A DNA stretch of 64,000 bases. It comes from Azolla caroliniana (Eukaryota > Plantae > Polypodiophyta). Positions 36,540 to 48,100 of the stretch are shown piece by piece. The translations under genes and the position numbers were made by a program. The first letter of the stretch is position 1. Each line of letters starts with the position of its first letter. The stretch is taken from NCBI GenBank assembly GCA_043228905.1, contig JBHGNT010000003.1, positions 13,640,001 through 13,704,000 of the forward strand, in the 5' to 3' direction. The notes beneath the pieces were generated by a model, which was not told where the DNA came from, did not search any database, and was given only the letters and a program-made list of their open reading frames with translations.

Positions 36540-37079
36540 TTAGGCGATACGAGTTGTTGATATACCACCGAGATTGTCAGAAATAGGATGATTGTGTACA
36601 ATAGTTGCCTTTTTAATAGTCCACTGTCTCGTTTTCTTCGAGAAGTTTGCTCTAATGAAGAATGGGCAGTCCATTAGACGAGTCCCTGTTTGACTTTTGC
36701 GAGTATCGTCAGTCAAGCCTAGAGGGTTGCGATATTTTCCCCCATAGTAGCACTTGAAAGTGACTTTTCTATTGTCACTATGCTTATCCACAACAATTAT
36801 ATTTTGAGCATGGAAATGGTCCTTGATAAAATTGATTAGAGCCCCTCTCTCAGTGAAGGTTCTATTGATAATTGAAGTTGAAGACGGTTGGGGAGACATG
36901 TTCTGAAGCCAAAATGGGGGATTAGCAAAACTACCAGAAATTTGGGGGGCAAAATAGCCAAAATGTTGAGAAGTACCAGAAATTTGGGGGGCAAAATAAC
37001 CAAAATGTTGAGGACTACCAGAAATTTGGGGGGCAAAATAGCCAAATTGTTGAGAACGACCAGAAAATTGAGGGGCCAA
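36540..37079 (-). pseudogene. FAR1/WRKY-GCM1-type (MULE-associated) zinc-finger DNA-binding domain fragment
   Basis: FTERGALINFIK...VTFKCYYGGKYRN...TGTRLMDCPFFIRA...WTIK...HNHP. It lies outside the Sola-like TIR and inside the hAT-like shell, and ends next to the insertion site. Confidence 0.7.
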
Positions 37080-37122
37080 ATAGCCAAAATGTTGAGAACT
37101 ACTAGAAATTTGGGGGGCAAAA
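36925..37122. repeat. Short-period (~40 bp) minisatellite, about 5 copies
   Basis: 'actaccagaaatttggggggcaaaatagccaaaatgttgag' is repeated and translates to FAPQISGSxQHFGY repeats on the minus strand. Confidence 0.85.
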
Positions 37123-37400
37123 TGGAGGGGACAACTATGTGTTGAGCTACGAAGTGAGAGCTATCAAAATGTTTTTTTTTTGGTGAGGGAGAGAGAGCTA
37201 TCAAAATGTTTTTTTTTGGGTGAGGGAGGGGGAGGAGCCAAGCTATATTAGAGAATGTTTTTCTGTTGGGGGAGGGGAACGAAAATGGGTTTGGGGGGGC
37301 CAAAATGAGGGAAGAACTATCAGAGATTTTTTTTCTTTGTGGGGGGAAGGGGGTGGTTTAGCCAAAATAGCCAAAATAGAGGGGCCAAAAAGGTTTCATT

Positions 37401-37431
<31 letters not shown>

Positions 37432-37599
37432 GGGCAAATAGCCCATTCCTAAAAATATTGGTTTTTTTAAATAATAAATAAATAAACGATTTTGTAATAT
37501 TCTTGGGGTCATTTTGTATTCTCAAATATTACAAATATTACGGATAGAGAATACCACGAATATCACACATGGGCCAATCTATGATCATGATCTTGACAA

Positions 37600-38392
37600 C
37601 CAATGAATGGAGTGTCTTTTTAGAAAAGCCACATCTATTCAAGGGGTCTAGGACAAGATCGGCACATACCTCTGTGCTAGACCACTGAGGCAAATCTGTA
37701 CCATTTCATCCTCATCCACCGTCACGTTGATGGATCTCAAGGTGTCAAAGATTTCCTTGATTTCGGTGCTGTAGTCAGTCACCCTCATATCCCTCTGTTA
37801 GATATTGTTGAGCTCTTGATGGAGCTGCAACTTCCGGGTTGTGGTACTCGCAACGAAAATCCTCTTTAGATTTTCGCAAGCCTCCTTTGGCGTCTTCGCA
37901 TCCCGAATGTAGCCCAACATTTGATCGTGCACATAGGACACAAGGCAATACAAGACTCTACTTGTTGCTTGCTCCCACATCGGAAAGTCCTTATGTGATG
38001 GTTCTGGCGCTACTTCATTTTCCCCATGGATGTAACTCCAGTAGCCATGCCCGAGCAGGTACTGGTGCATCTTGTACTCCCAAGATGTGTAGTTGCTTCT
38101 ATCTAACTTTTCTGTTAGAAGAGCACCACCCATTCCTCTATTTATTTTCTTCTTCTTGTCTGTACTTGTCCGATGATTAGGGTTCATTTGTATTGAACGC
38201 TTGTCACCAGTAGAGGATTCTCAACCCTCGCACTCTGGTACCATGTAAAGATTAATGTGCGGAACCTAAACAGAACTCAACAGACTCTGTGGGATAGCAA
38301 TAGAAAAAAAAGAAAAACCATGGAAGAACACACAGTACGCAGGAGAGACAGAGAGAGAGAGTAGAAGACTAAAAACATGATTCAAAATAATA
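37600..38392 (-). mobile_element. Ty1/copia 5' fragment (partial LTR, PBS, gag)
   Basis: ORF 37798-38187 'EKLDRSNYTSWEYKMHQYLLGHGYW...RKLQLHQELNNI'. PBS rc 'ctctggtacca' at ~38233-38243. The LTR is interrupted at ~38393. Confidence 0.85.
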
Positions 38393-39150
38393 TGTTATCG
38401 CAAAGTTTCACGTGCGTGTGTCGCTTGAACGGGACCGCTGGGGCCTTGGACCGGGGAGACAAAAGTAGTGAGGAAGTGGGAGATTAAGACAAAGACATGG
38501 GGAAATATACATAAATTTTTATATAGATTAGGGATTTTGTTTTTAAGTTTTTTACAATTGTTAGGCTTGACACCATGATAAGATGAGTCTAGTGGGCTCT
38601 GAGCTCGACTACTTCCAACGGCTATGTTGCTTCGATTCGGAGTAGCCCTTGTGCCACTACAACCTCCCTTCCACAACCAGCCACCGAGTTGGCTACCACC
38701 GAGATGCCGAAGAAGCCATTGTGGAAGGAATCCAAGCCCTAAACTCTCTTGAGTAAGAAGTAGAATACAATCTAAACTCATAAACCCTAAAAACCTAAGG
38801 TATGTTGTGGAGAAAAGAAGAAGCTCTCAAACCCTAACCCTAGAAGAAATTTAGATGAAAGAGAAAGAGAGACTACCAAACCCTAACCCTAGAAGAAGAG
38901 GAGAAGAAGATGAAACCCTAATGGTACACCCCTAAGCCAAAATGGACGACCCCATAATAAGCCTTATTCCTCCCCTCTTATAGAGGACAGAGGCGCTTAT
39001 ATTAACATTACATGGTTTTTTTTTTATTTCCTTTGTCACAAAAAAGGAAGGGGAACAAAATACTCCTTGGTTTGCACCAAGAGAGACTTGAATTGTACAC
39101 CTCTCTATATATACTTATTAGGCCTAACCACTAGGCTACTATAAATTATC
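38393..39150. mobile_element. LTR-like sequence related to the 23056 and 47330 insertions, interrupted by the Bianca-like element
   Basis: Start 'tgttatcgcaaag...gggaccgctggggccttggacc' resembles the 5' parts of 23056 and 47330. Contains AAACCCTA repeats. Confidence 0.5.
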
Positions 39151-42100
39151 TGTTATAGAATAGAGTGATTAAGTAAGATCAAAGAGTGATTAGATATTAA
39201 TCAAGATCACAATACAATATCTAGATAGAGCTCATAGGCTATGCTCATCTCTATATCTTCAAAATGATTGAGATACATAAGTTTTATGACTCACAAGATG
39301 ATGAGATGCATGCATACTATTTACATCATGATGTCTTCTTAACTAGAGTTTAAGAGTAAGATAAGTATAGCATAACTCATGTTATCCATGAGTTCATAAC
39401 ACTCCCCCTCATCTCATCATCATTGGTTTTGCGCATCAGCTCTGATAATCTTCTGAGTCCAAGAGAAGGAATGTTTAGCCAATGTTTTGATGCAAGTAAA
39501 CTTTTGGTAAAAATATCCACCAAGTTCTTGCTTGATTGAATAGGTTGTATGTTGATATAATTATCATTAAGCTCACGAGTAAAGAAAAACTTGAGAGAAA
39601 TATGTTTAATTCGATCACCTTTAATAAAGCCTTTCTTGAATTGATTAATACAAGCATAATTATCTTCATAGATAACCGTTGGTAATGATGGGCCGATAAA
39701 ACCACAAGAACTTTCAATATGCCCAATTAAGCGTTGTAACCATAGGCATTCTCGGCTTGCTTCATGTAATGACAATATCTCAACATGATTTGAAGATGTT
39801 GCAGCCAATGTTTGCTTTGCTGATCGATCACCAAGAGATCGTTGTGCCACCAACAAGGAAAACATATCCTGTTTGTGATCTGCCAACATCAGGGTCAGAT
39901 ATACACCCAGAGTCAGAATAACCGATCAATTGACCGTGCATAGAATCGCTGGTAAAGAAAAGACCCATATCTTGAGTGCCTCGTAATATCGGAAAATCTG
40001 CTTAATTCCAATCTAGTGTCTTCTGGTAGGATCATGACTATATTGAGCTAGCAAATTGACAACGAACGAAATGTCCGGATGTGTACAATTGGCCAAGTAC
40101 ATAAGAGCACCAACAACAACCATGTAAGGATAATGTGGTCCCAATGCTGACTCGTTAGAAGATCTTGGCCGAAATGGGTCACGAGAAGGATCTAGAGAGC
40201 CCACAACCATATGAGTTCTAATAGAATGAGCTTGATCCATAGAAAACCGTTTTAATATTTTATGAATATCAAAGCTCTAATGAAGATGAATTCCATTAGA
40301 TAGGTGCTCGATATGAAGACCCACGCAAAATGTAGTTAAACCGGGGTCTTTCATTTCAAATTGGCGGCTAAGCATAACAACAACATTTTCAATAGCATTG
40401 GATGTTCCAATAATATTGAGATCATCAACATAAATAGTGATGATGACAAATTCTTTGAGATGATGCTTGATAAATATACGAGGACAAATATCATTATTCT
40501 TAAATCCATGAGAAAGAAGATATTGAGAACGATGTTGATACCACATACGACCAGCTTGTTTAAGTTCATAAAGTGACTTACATAACTTGATCAATGGATT
40601 GAGAAATTTTCCAAACTACATAGATTTGCAAAGTTCTTCAGGTATCTTCATGTATATATCTTTATACAAATCACCATAAAGATAGGCTGTAACCACATCC
40701 ATGAGATGCATATGAAGACTTCGTTGAATAGTGAAATGAATCAACCAACGAAAACGTTGCATCCATAACCGGAGAATATGTATCGGTATAATCAATACCA
40801 AAATCGTTGCATGAAACCTTGAGCAACAAACCTTGTGTTCTAATGGATAACTTCTCCTATATCGTTATGCTTCCGCACAAAAACCCAATGATAGACAATA
40901 GGTGTATGAACAATAGGTGTCCCTTGAATTTTACCAAAAACTCCTCGTTTGAGAAGACTATTTAGCTCAGCTTGAATAGCTTCTTTCCACTTATCCCAAA
41001 AAGGGGATGCTTTTGCTTCTTGAATAGTTTGAGGATCAGATTCATTCACAAAAGTTGTTGCGACATAGAAAATGAAGATATCATTAACCTCTTGTCCTGT
41101 TATTAACTTAGAATTAGTATAATTAGCAATTGGAGACTCTTCACTAATTATCCTATTTGATACTATAGGAACTTCAATCTCAGCCTCAATTGTTGGTTTT
41201 CGCTTTCTTAATTGTTTATCCTTTGCTCCAATAGGCCGTCCACGCTTCCTTTGAGATTCTACAACATGTGCCGGTGATTCGCCAATCAAAATTCGAGCAG
41301 GCACATTAATAGCAGGATTAATGTCGGAGACCTTCATATTGAAAGTGTCAACAAAAGCATTGGTGCATTGTTGGCAATACTTTGTAGATGTAATATTTGT
41401 TGAACTTCTTTCTCCCCCTCTCCAGTATAAGGATCTGGTGGCACTGGTTTATCCTTGGGCCAATTAAACATTAGACTTTGATCAATCTTTCTTGATGTTT
41501 CTCTTTTCCAGTTATCTTCCCCTAAAATCGGGAAAGTTGATTCATCAAATTGGCAATCGGCAAAGCAAGTTGTAAATAAATCGCCAGTTGTAGGTTCGAG
41601 ATAACGGATGATTGAAGGAGAGTTGAATCCCACATAAATTCCAAGACGACGTTGAGGACCAAGTTTCCTATCATGAGTTGATGGGGAGAGTAAACATGAT
41701 ATGATGATGGCCGTAGTCGGAGAAGTTGCGATGAATGAAGTACTACACGTCCCCATGTTAAATTAGGAAAATTTGATTTGAGAAGAATTGGCCGCACAAT
41801 TTCTTGAATTTGTTTAATCAAAGATTCAGCCATACCATTTTGAGTGTGAACATGAGGAGTTGAAGCTTTAAAATTAATACCGATAGATTCGCAATAGCGA
41901 ATAAAGGTTGTTGACGTAAAATTGGCAGCGTTGTCCATCCGAATCGACTTAATTGGAAAATCTAGAAATTGAGCGCGCAACTTGATGATAAGGATGAGGA
42001 GTCGAGGCAACGCCATATTGTGAGTAGAAAGAAGTGTGACGTGAGAAAACCGCGATGAAGCATCGTTAACTCCAATGAAGTAATAAAATGGTCTAGAAGG

Positions 42101-44172
42101 AGGGGCCATTGGTCCATGGATATCACCATGTATACGCTCCAAAAACTTTGGTGACTCATATGGTTCCTTGTGCAAGGAAGGAAGAATCAACAACTTTCCT
42201 TGTGCACATGGAACACAAATACAAGTTTTAACTCAATTCAAGTATTCCAATTTTAAAGGTAGATCTTGAACATTATTGATCATTCTCCTAATCATTGTAT
42301 GGCTAGGATGACCTAGTCTATCATGCCAAAGATCCATTATGTCGGTATTGACCTTTGAGGAAATATTGGAGTAGTGGGCAAATGAAGCCATGCAAATCTT
42401 CGGGGCTTTAAGGTTGAAACAATACAATTGATTTGGTAAAACTTCTAACTCATCAATAACTTGGGTAGTATTTGACAGGTGCTTGACAACTCGCATTGTC
42501 TCTTTCCCATCTTGTTCCCATGTCATGAGGTGGTATCCATTGCGTCGCACATCTGCAAATGCAAGACGATTTCTCAGTGAGGTAGGTGCATAGATAACAT
42601 CCTATATTTCTAAGCAAACACCACTTGGAAGTTGGATACTGGCGGGGCCTCTTCCTTGTCCAATACAAGAACCAACAATAGTCTTGATGTCGAAAGGGGC
42701 TCGATCTTTAATATGATGAAAGAATTCTTTATGACATAGAATAGTGTGTGTTGAGGTGCAATCAATAAGACAAAGAAAACGTCTTGTATGCAAATCAATC
42801 ATATGAGCTTCAAAAATGTTGGCTTCGGGCTCAAATTCCAAAGGATGATCCATAAAACTATATTCCAAGATTGGAATTGATGGTGAGATCGTTGATGATT
42901 CTACTACCATATTAGCCTTTGGTTCTGTATCTCGACCTTGCTTGCCATACTTTTGGTAAAGATCAACATGAAACTTAGAAGTTCGGCAAGTATTTGCCCA
43001 ATGCCCTCATAAACCACATCGAAGACATGAATTCGATGAAGGCTTATCTTGACTTGATTTTGATTGATGATGCATTGGCTTGACTTGATTACTTGTGGGA
43101 TATTGTTTCCTTTGTTGATTTCTTCCTCCTCTTCCTCTTCCTTGACTCTGTGCATATGGATGTTGGTGACAATGTTGTCGTCTAGAATAATTTCTCTCAA
43201 CATGCATCAAATCCTTGAATTGTAGAGGTAGGTTGACTTACTGGATGAAGTTTGTTGTTCTTGAGGAGAACTTGGTGGTGTTGCTCAATGACAAGAAGTG
43301 CAGATAAAAGTTCAGCATAGGTTTTAAAATCACGATTACGATATTGTTCAGAAAGATTAAAATTTGAGGGATGAAAAGTAGTTAATGTTTTGTTGATTAG
43401 ATTCGCCTCTTGAACAAGGTTATCATGACAACAAAATTTAAGTTTAGAAATGATACCAAATAGTGATGAATTATATTCAACAACTGTCTTGAAATCTTGA
43501 AAACGAAGTTGATTCCATTCATGCAAAGTGTTGGGGCCAAGAATAGTTCGTTCATGATCAAAGCGGGCTTTGAGTTGCTTCCAGAGAGTTGATGGATTCT
43601 TGATGGAGAAGTATTGATTTTGAAGGCTTAGATCAAGGTGATGAAGAATGAAGATGAATGCTTCCGCTCCCTTCTTCCTAATATTTGAGTTCTCCACATC
43701 ATTAAAATTATCACTTATCGTATGAAGGATATCTTTCGTCGTGAGATGGCCTTCGACATGAACCATCCAAGTCATATAATTGGACCCATCCAATGCAAGT
43801 GGTGGGAATAAGCATTTCTCTATTTGTAGAGCTTGAGAAGTCATGTTAATGGTAACAATAAGGTAGATTTATATAAGAGAATAATTAATTACTATGGTAG
43901 AGGCTAATCGTGCTGATAACGTGTTATAGAATAGAGTGATTAAGTAAGATGAAAGAGTGATTAGATATTAATCAAGATCACAATATAATATCTAGATAGA
44001 GCTCATAGGCTATGTTCATCTCTATATCTTCAAAATGATTGAGATACATAAGTTTTATGACTCACAAGATGATGAGATGCATGCATACTATTTACATCAT
44101 GAAGTCTTATGAACTAGAGTTTAAGACTAAGATAAGTATAGCATAACTCATGTTATGCATGAGTTCACAACA
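39151..44172 (-). mobile_element. Full-length, decayed Ty1/copia of the Bianca-like lineage
   Basis: 251-bp LTRs 39151-39401 and 43922-44172. TSD TTATC on both sides. Atypical PBS rc 'cgtgctgataacg'. Motifs LALDGSNYMTW, FLERIHGDIHGP..PFYYF..DASSRFSHV.LLST, KLGPQRRLGIYVGF.SPSII.YLEP.TGDLF and IKGDRIKHIS.KFFFT.E. Confidence 0.93.
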
Positions 44173-44211
44173 TTATCTATTATTATTATTTTTCATTTAT
44201 ACATGACTTTA

Positions 44212-44564
44212 TGAGATGTGTGTGGAACCTCGCTCTTTCTCACATTGAACACGCCACACCACGACAACGTTCTCTGTACATACAACTATGCTCAGAGAGA
44301 ACTTTTATACAAGTCCTTAAAGGACGGTTAGAAGTCCTGAGAAGTACTTCAATTCTCATAAATGAGCTACTAACACTAACTCCTAAAAATATAACTACCT
44401 ACTAAATTAGGAGTGTAGCTCTCTAACGGTCTTTCGACTCCCCGCGGATCTAGCTCTCTAATCCGGCTCTTCGATCCAATCTAGGCCTAGCCGATCGGAC
44501 TTCATCCGATCTGGCTCTCGGCTTGTTCAGCCGGTCCGGCCCATGTTGAGCTTGCTTCTCAACA
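44212..44564 (-). mobile_element. LTR of the abundant copia family (no TSD seen)
   Basis: TG...'gagcttgcttctcaaca', with internal blocks (ttttatacaagtcc, aagtactt) shared with the LTRs at 20470 and 53681. Confidence 0.7.
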
Positions 44565-44879
44565 CAAGGTCGCCCAAGAAACATTGGGTAGGCGCCCAAA
44601 GCTTGAAGGTGCAATACCACCGCCGAGATCGTAAAGGTGTGGCCACCAATGATGAAATCAAGTTGCCGAATCAGGCTGAGAGGTCGCACGGAATGGGTGT
44701 CGGCCATCTATAGCCAAAATGGGCAAGCCTCCCATTGTGTAATGGCAAGGTATTGGCAGGTGGCCTCACTAATGACATTAACCCCGGAGCCACCATCGAT
44801 GATGTCGCCGGGCACTTCTCACCCTTTGACTAGCAGCTTGACTGCCGGGTTCTGGGCATCTATCACGGGCGGACCTTCA
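44565..44879 (-). mobile_element. Ty3/gypsy aspartic protease remnant
   Basis: 'IIDGGSGVNV' and 'MADTHSVRPLSLIRQLDFIIGGHTFTISAVVL...YPMFLGRP'. Confidence 0.7.
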
Positions 44880-45098
44880 TGTTGGGAAATCGGTCTCTCT
44901 GGATGGGATCCGGTGTTGAATGAAGAGGACCCGGTGAGAACCGGAAGAGACCCAGTGAGAACCAGAAGAGATCCGGAAGCCGGATCGGATGGACCCGGTG
45001 AGAACCGGAAGAGAGGACATATTTTGTAAATAGCCTTAAGTTCATATAAGTATAAATATGAATTAGGGAAATCACATAGTATAGTATGTGCATAACTG

Positions 45099-45173
<75 letters not shown>

Positions 45174-48100
45174 GTGTGTGTGAGATACAGAGAAATACTC
45201 TGTTGTAACTGCCAGTTGGCGAAGAAATAGAGCTCGAGGTCGTTGCCTCCGAGTCTCTGATTGTACCCTCTTTTCTTCATAGTGATAGTTGGAGTCTTTG
45301 GGCTGTTGTGGGTTTTCCCATTCAGGGTTTTCCACGTAAACATCCTGTGTATTCCCGTTTGTACTCTCCATTTCCCATTTCTGTGTTTTCATTCCAAGTG
45401 AAGTGTTCAAGACTCGGTTGTGGCCGAGCAATATTCTGCGCTTCTGGTATCAGAGCGAACAACATAGGAAATGGAAGAATCGTTTGGCGACATGTTCAAG
45501 CTCACTGGCTCCAACTACTTAGTGTGGAAGTCGAAGATGAGGGACATGCTGGTGGTTAAAGATCTTTGGTTGCCGGTTCAGTTCGGAGACAAGAGAGCGG
45601 ATAAGATCGAAGCACAGTGTGGGGGCTGATGCACATGAAGACGACGGCATACATCCGGTACTTCATCGACATGAGCCTGTACAACAACTTAAATGAAGAG
45701 AGCAAAGCTCATGAACTCTAGGAGAAGATCGACATCATGTTCTAGAACAAGAATGTCGTTAATCGGGTTTCGGCATTCCGGAAGCTAGTGAGACTCTGGT
45801 ACCAGGACGACTCCAGTATGGCGGAGCACATGAATGCCTTCCAGGGGCTGATACACCAAGCAACCTCGTTGGAAGTACCTCTTGCCGATGAGGTACTCAC
45901 ATTACTCCTGCTCGGTTCCCTCCCGGATAGTTGGGAGATGCTAGTTGTCACATTGGGCAACGCCGGGCCAGAAGGAAAATAGTTGTCCCTAGCAAGGGTA
46001 AAATCAAGCTTGCTAGATGTAGAATCTCGCCGGAAGGACCAGGAGTTCGGAACCGATCTGAAGGCTTGGTCATGGAAGATGACCACAATTGGGGAAGAGG
46101 CCGGTATGGGAGTCCCCAAAACCAGCACAAATCTGGAACGAGGTCCAAGTCAAGGGGGAGGCCCACGTGCTTCTATTGCGGGAAGTCGGGACACTTCCAG
46201 AAGAACTATCGACATTTCCAGAAGGAGAAAGAAACCGGCATTAACGATTCAAAGAAGAGTTTGGACCGGATCAGAAGAGAAAACAGTTGTCCCTAGCAAG
46301 GGTAAAATCAAGCTTGCTAGATGAAGAAGCTCGCCGGAAGGACCGGGAGACCGGAACCGATCCGAAGGCTTGGTCACGGAAGATGACCACAACTGGGGAA
46401 GAGGCCGGTATCAGAGTCCCCAAAACCAGGACAAATATGGAACGAGATCCAAGTCAAGGGGGAGGCCCACGTGCTTCTATTGTGGGAAGTCGGGACACTT
46501 CCAGAAGAATTGTCGGCATTTCCGGAAGGAGAAAGAAATCGGCACTAACGATTCGAAGAAGAGTTTGGACCGGAGAGGACTGGATCGGAAGAGAACGTCG
46601 GAGATCGTGACAAGTGAAGAGGAACTGATGCTCATTACCGAAGAGAATGAGTTAAACCTTGTTGGCGATGAGACAATGTGGGTTGTTGATTCCGGAGCAT
46701 TGTTCCACCTGACACCAGACCGGAGATGCTTCTCATCCTACACAACCGGTGATCATGGTTGTGTCCGGATAGGGAATGAGGGTACATGCCGAATTGTCGG
46801 CATAGGAGATGTGTTGTTGACGACATCAACCGGATGCAAATTTCTGCTAAAGGATATCCGACACGTTCCGGAGGTTCGATTGAACCTGATATCAACCGTT
46901 TGGCTAGATGATGAAGGCTACATGGGTAGCATCCGGAATGGAGTCATGAAGTTCTGCAAAGGGAGCCTAATAGTGGCTCGATCTTGGAAGGTCAACACAT
47001 TGTACTTGATGAATGCCTGGATATGCCAGGAAGAAGTGAACGTAGCATTCGACATTGCCGGTGAGTTGTGGCACAAAAGACTGTGTCACATGAGTGAGAA
47101 GGGGATGAAGAGGCTTGCCGAAGACAACTTCATTCCAATGAAGGACTTGCAACTTGAGAAGTGCACCGATTGCTTGGCCGGCAAGCAAAACCGAACCTCC
47201 TTTCGGTCAAGACCACTGATGAGACGGAATGCACCACTGGAGTTGGTGCATACCGATGTGTGTCAAGTGGACATGAAGTCACATGCCGGATCGCAGTACT
47301 TCGTGACGTTCATGGATGAGCACAGCCGGTGTCGCGAAAATACGACGAGGATACGTGAACTTGAGGCAGGACCCCGGGGCCTTCGACTAGAGGACATCAT
47401 TATATTTTTAACAATTAACGGAAATAAGAAGTTTAATAATTTTCATTAACAAAGGAAAAGAAATTACATTATGTCCCAAGATTGGTATTCAAAAGTTTTA
47501 GGTTTACTGAGATTGATAGAAAAGAAAAATTAGGAGTTTTGAGAGATATGGTTTTTGTAGGAAATTAGGGTTTATGAGAGATATGGTTTCCGTAAGGAAA
47601 ATTAGGGTTTATGACTTCCGTAGGAAAAATTAGGGTTTTTGGCTTCCGTAGGAAAAATTAGGGTTTTTGGTTTCTGTAAGAAAATTAGGGTTTATGAGAG
47701 ATATGACTTCGATAAGTTAAGAGAGCTAAGAAGGAAAAGAAAAGAAAAAATATGGAGCAAGCATGAGTGTAAAAAAAATGGAATTTATATGGAGTTCTCC
47801 GTTGATCATCGCCTTCAATGTTACTTTGCATGTCCACTTTTAGTTGCATGTCCACTTTTAGTTGAATGGCCTCTACTTTTAGTTGCATCCTTTTTTAGTT
47901 CCATGGCTTTTTCTTTTAGTTGCATGCGACCGCATGACCTTTACTTTAGTCTCTTTTACTTTACTTTAATTTGACACATGATCCTATCATCTGTTCGTCT
48001 CAATCGCCGCCCATCCAATCCGTCTGATCCGCGTCCAGCCTCGTCCGGTCACCGGTTCCATCCGATCACCAGTTGTCGGATCCGCCCGATTTCCGACACC

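Larger units (their letters stand above)
28378..37583. mobile_element. Non-autonomous hAT-like element (host of the Sola-like insertion)
   Basis: 11-bp imperfect TIRs CATATATTGAC (28378-28388) and rc CATAGATTGGC (37573-37583). 8-bp flank ATCATGAT on both sides (28370-28377, 37584-37591). Subterminal ATTCG/CGAAT motifs. A second copy of the left end lies at 28497. Confidence 0.65.

Noticed and set aside
38780-38920. Interstitial telomere
   Set aside because: Only scattered AAACCCTA units within LTR-like sequence (also 47560-47695), not a tandem telomeric array.
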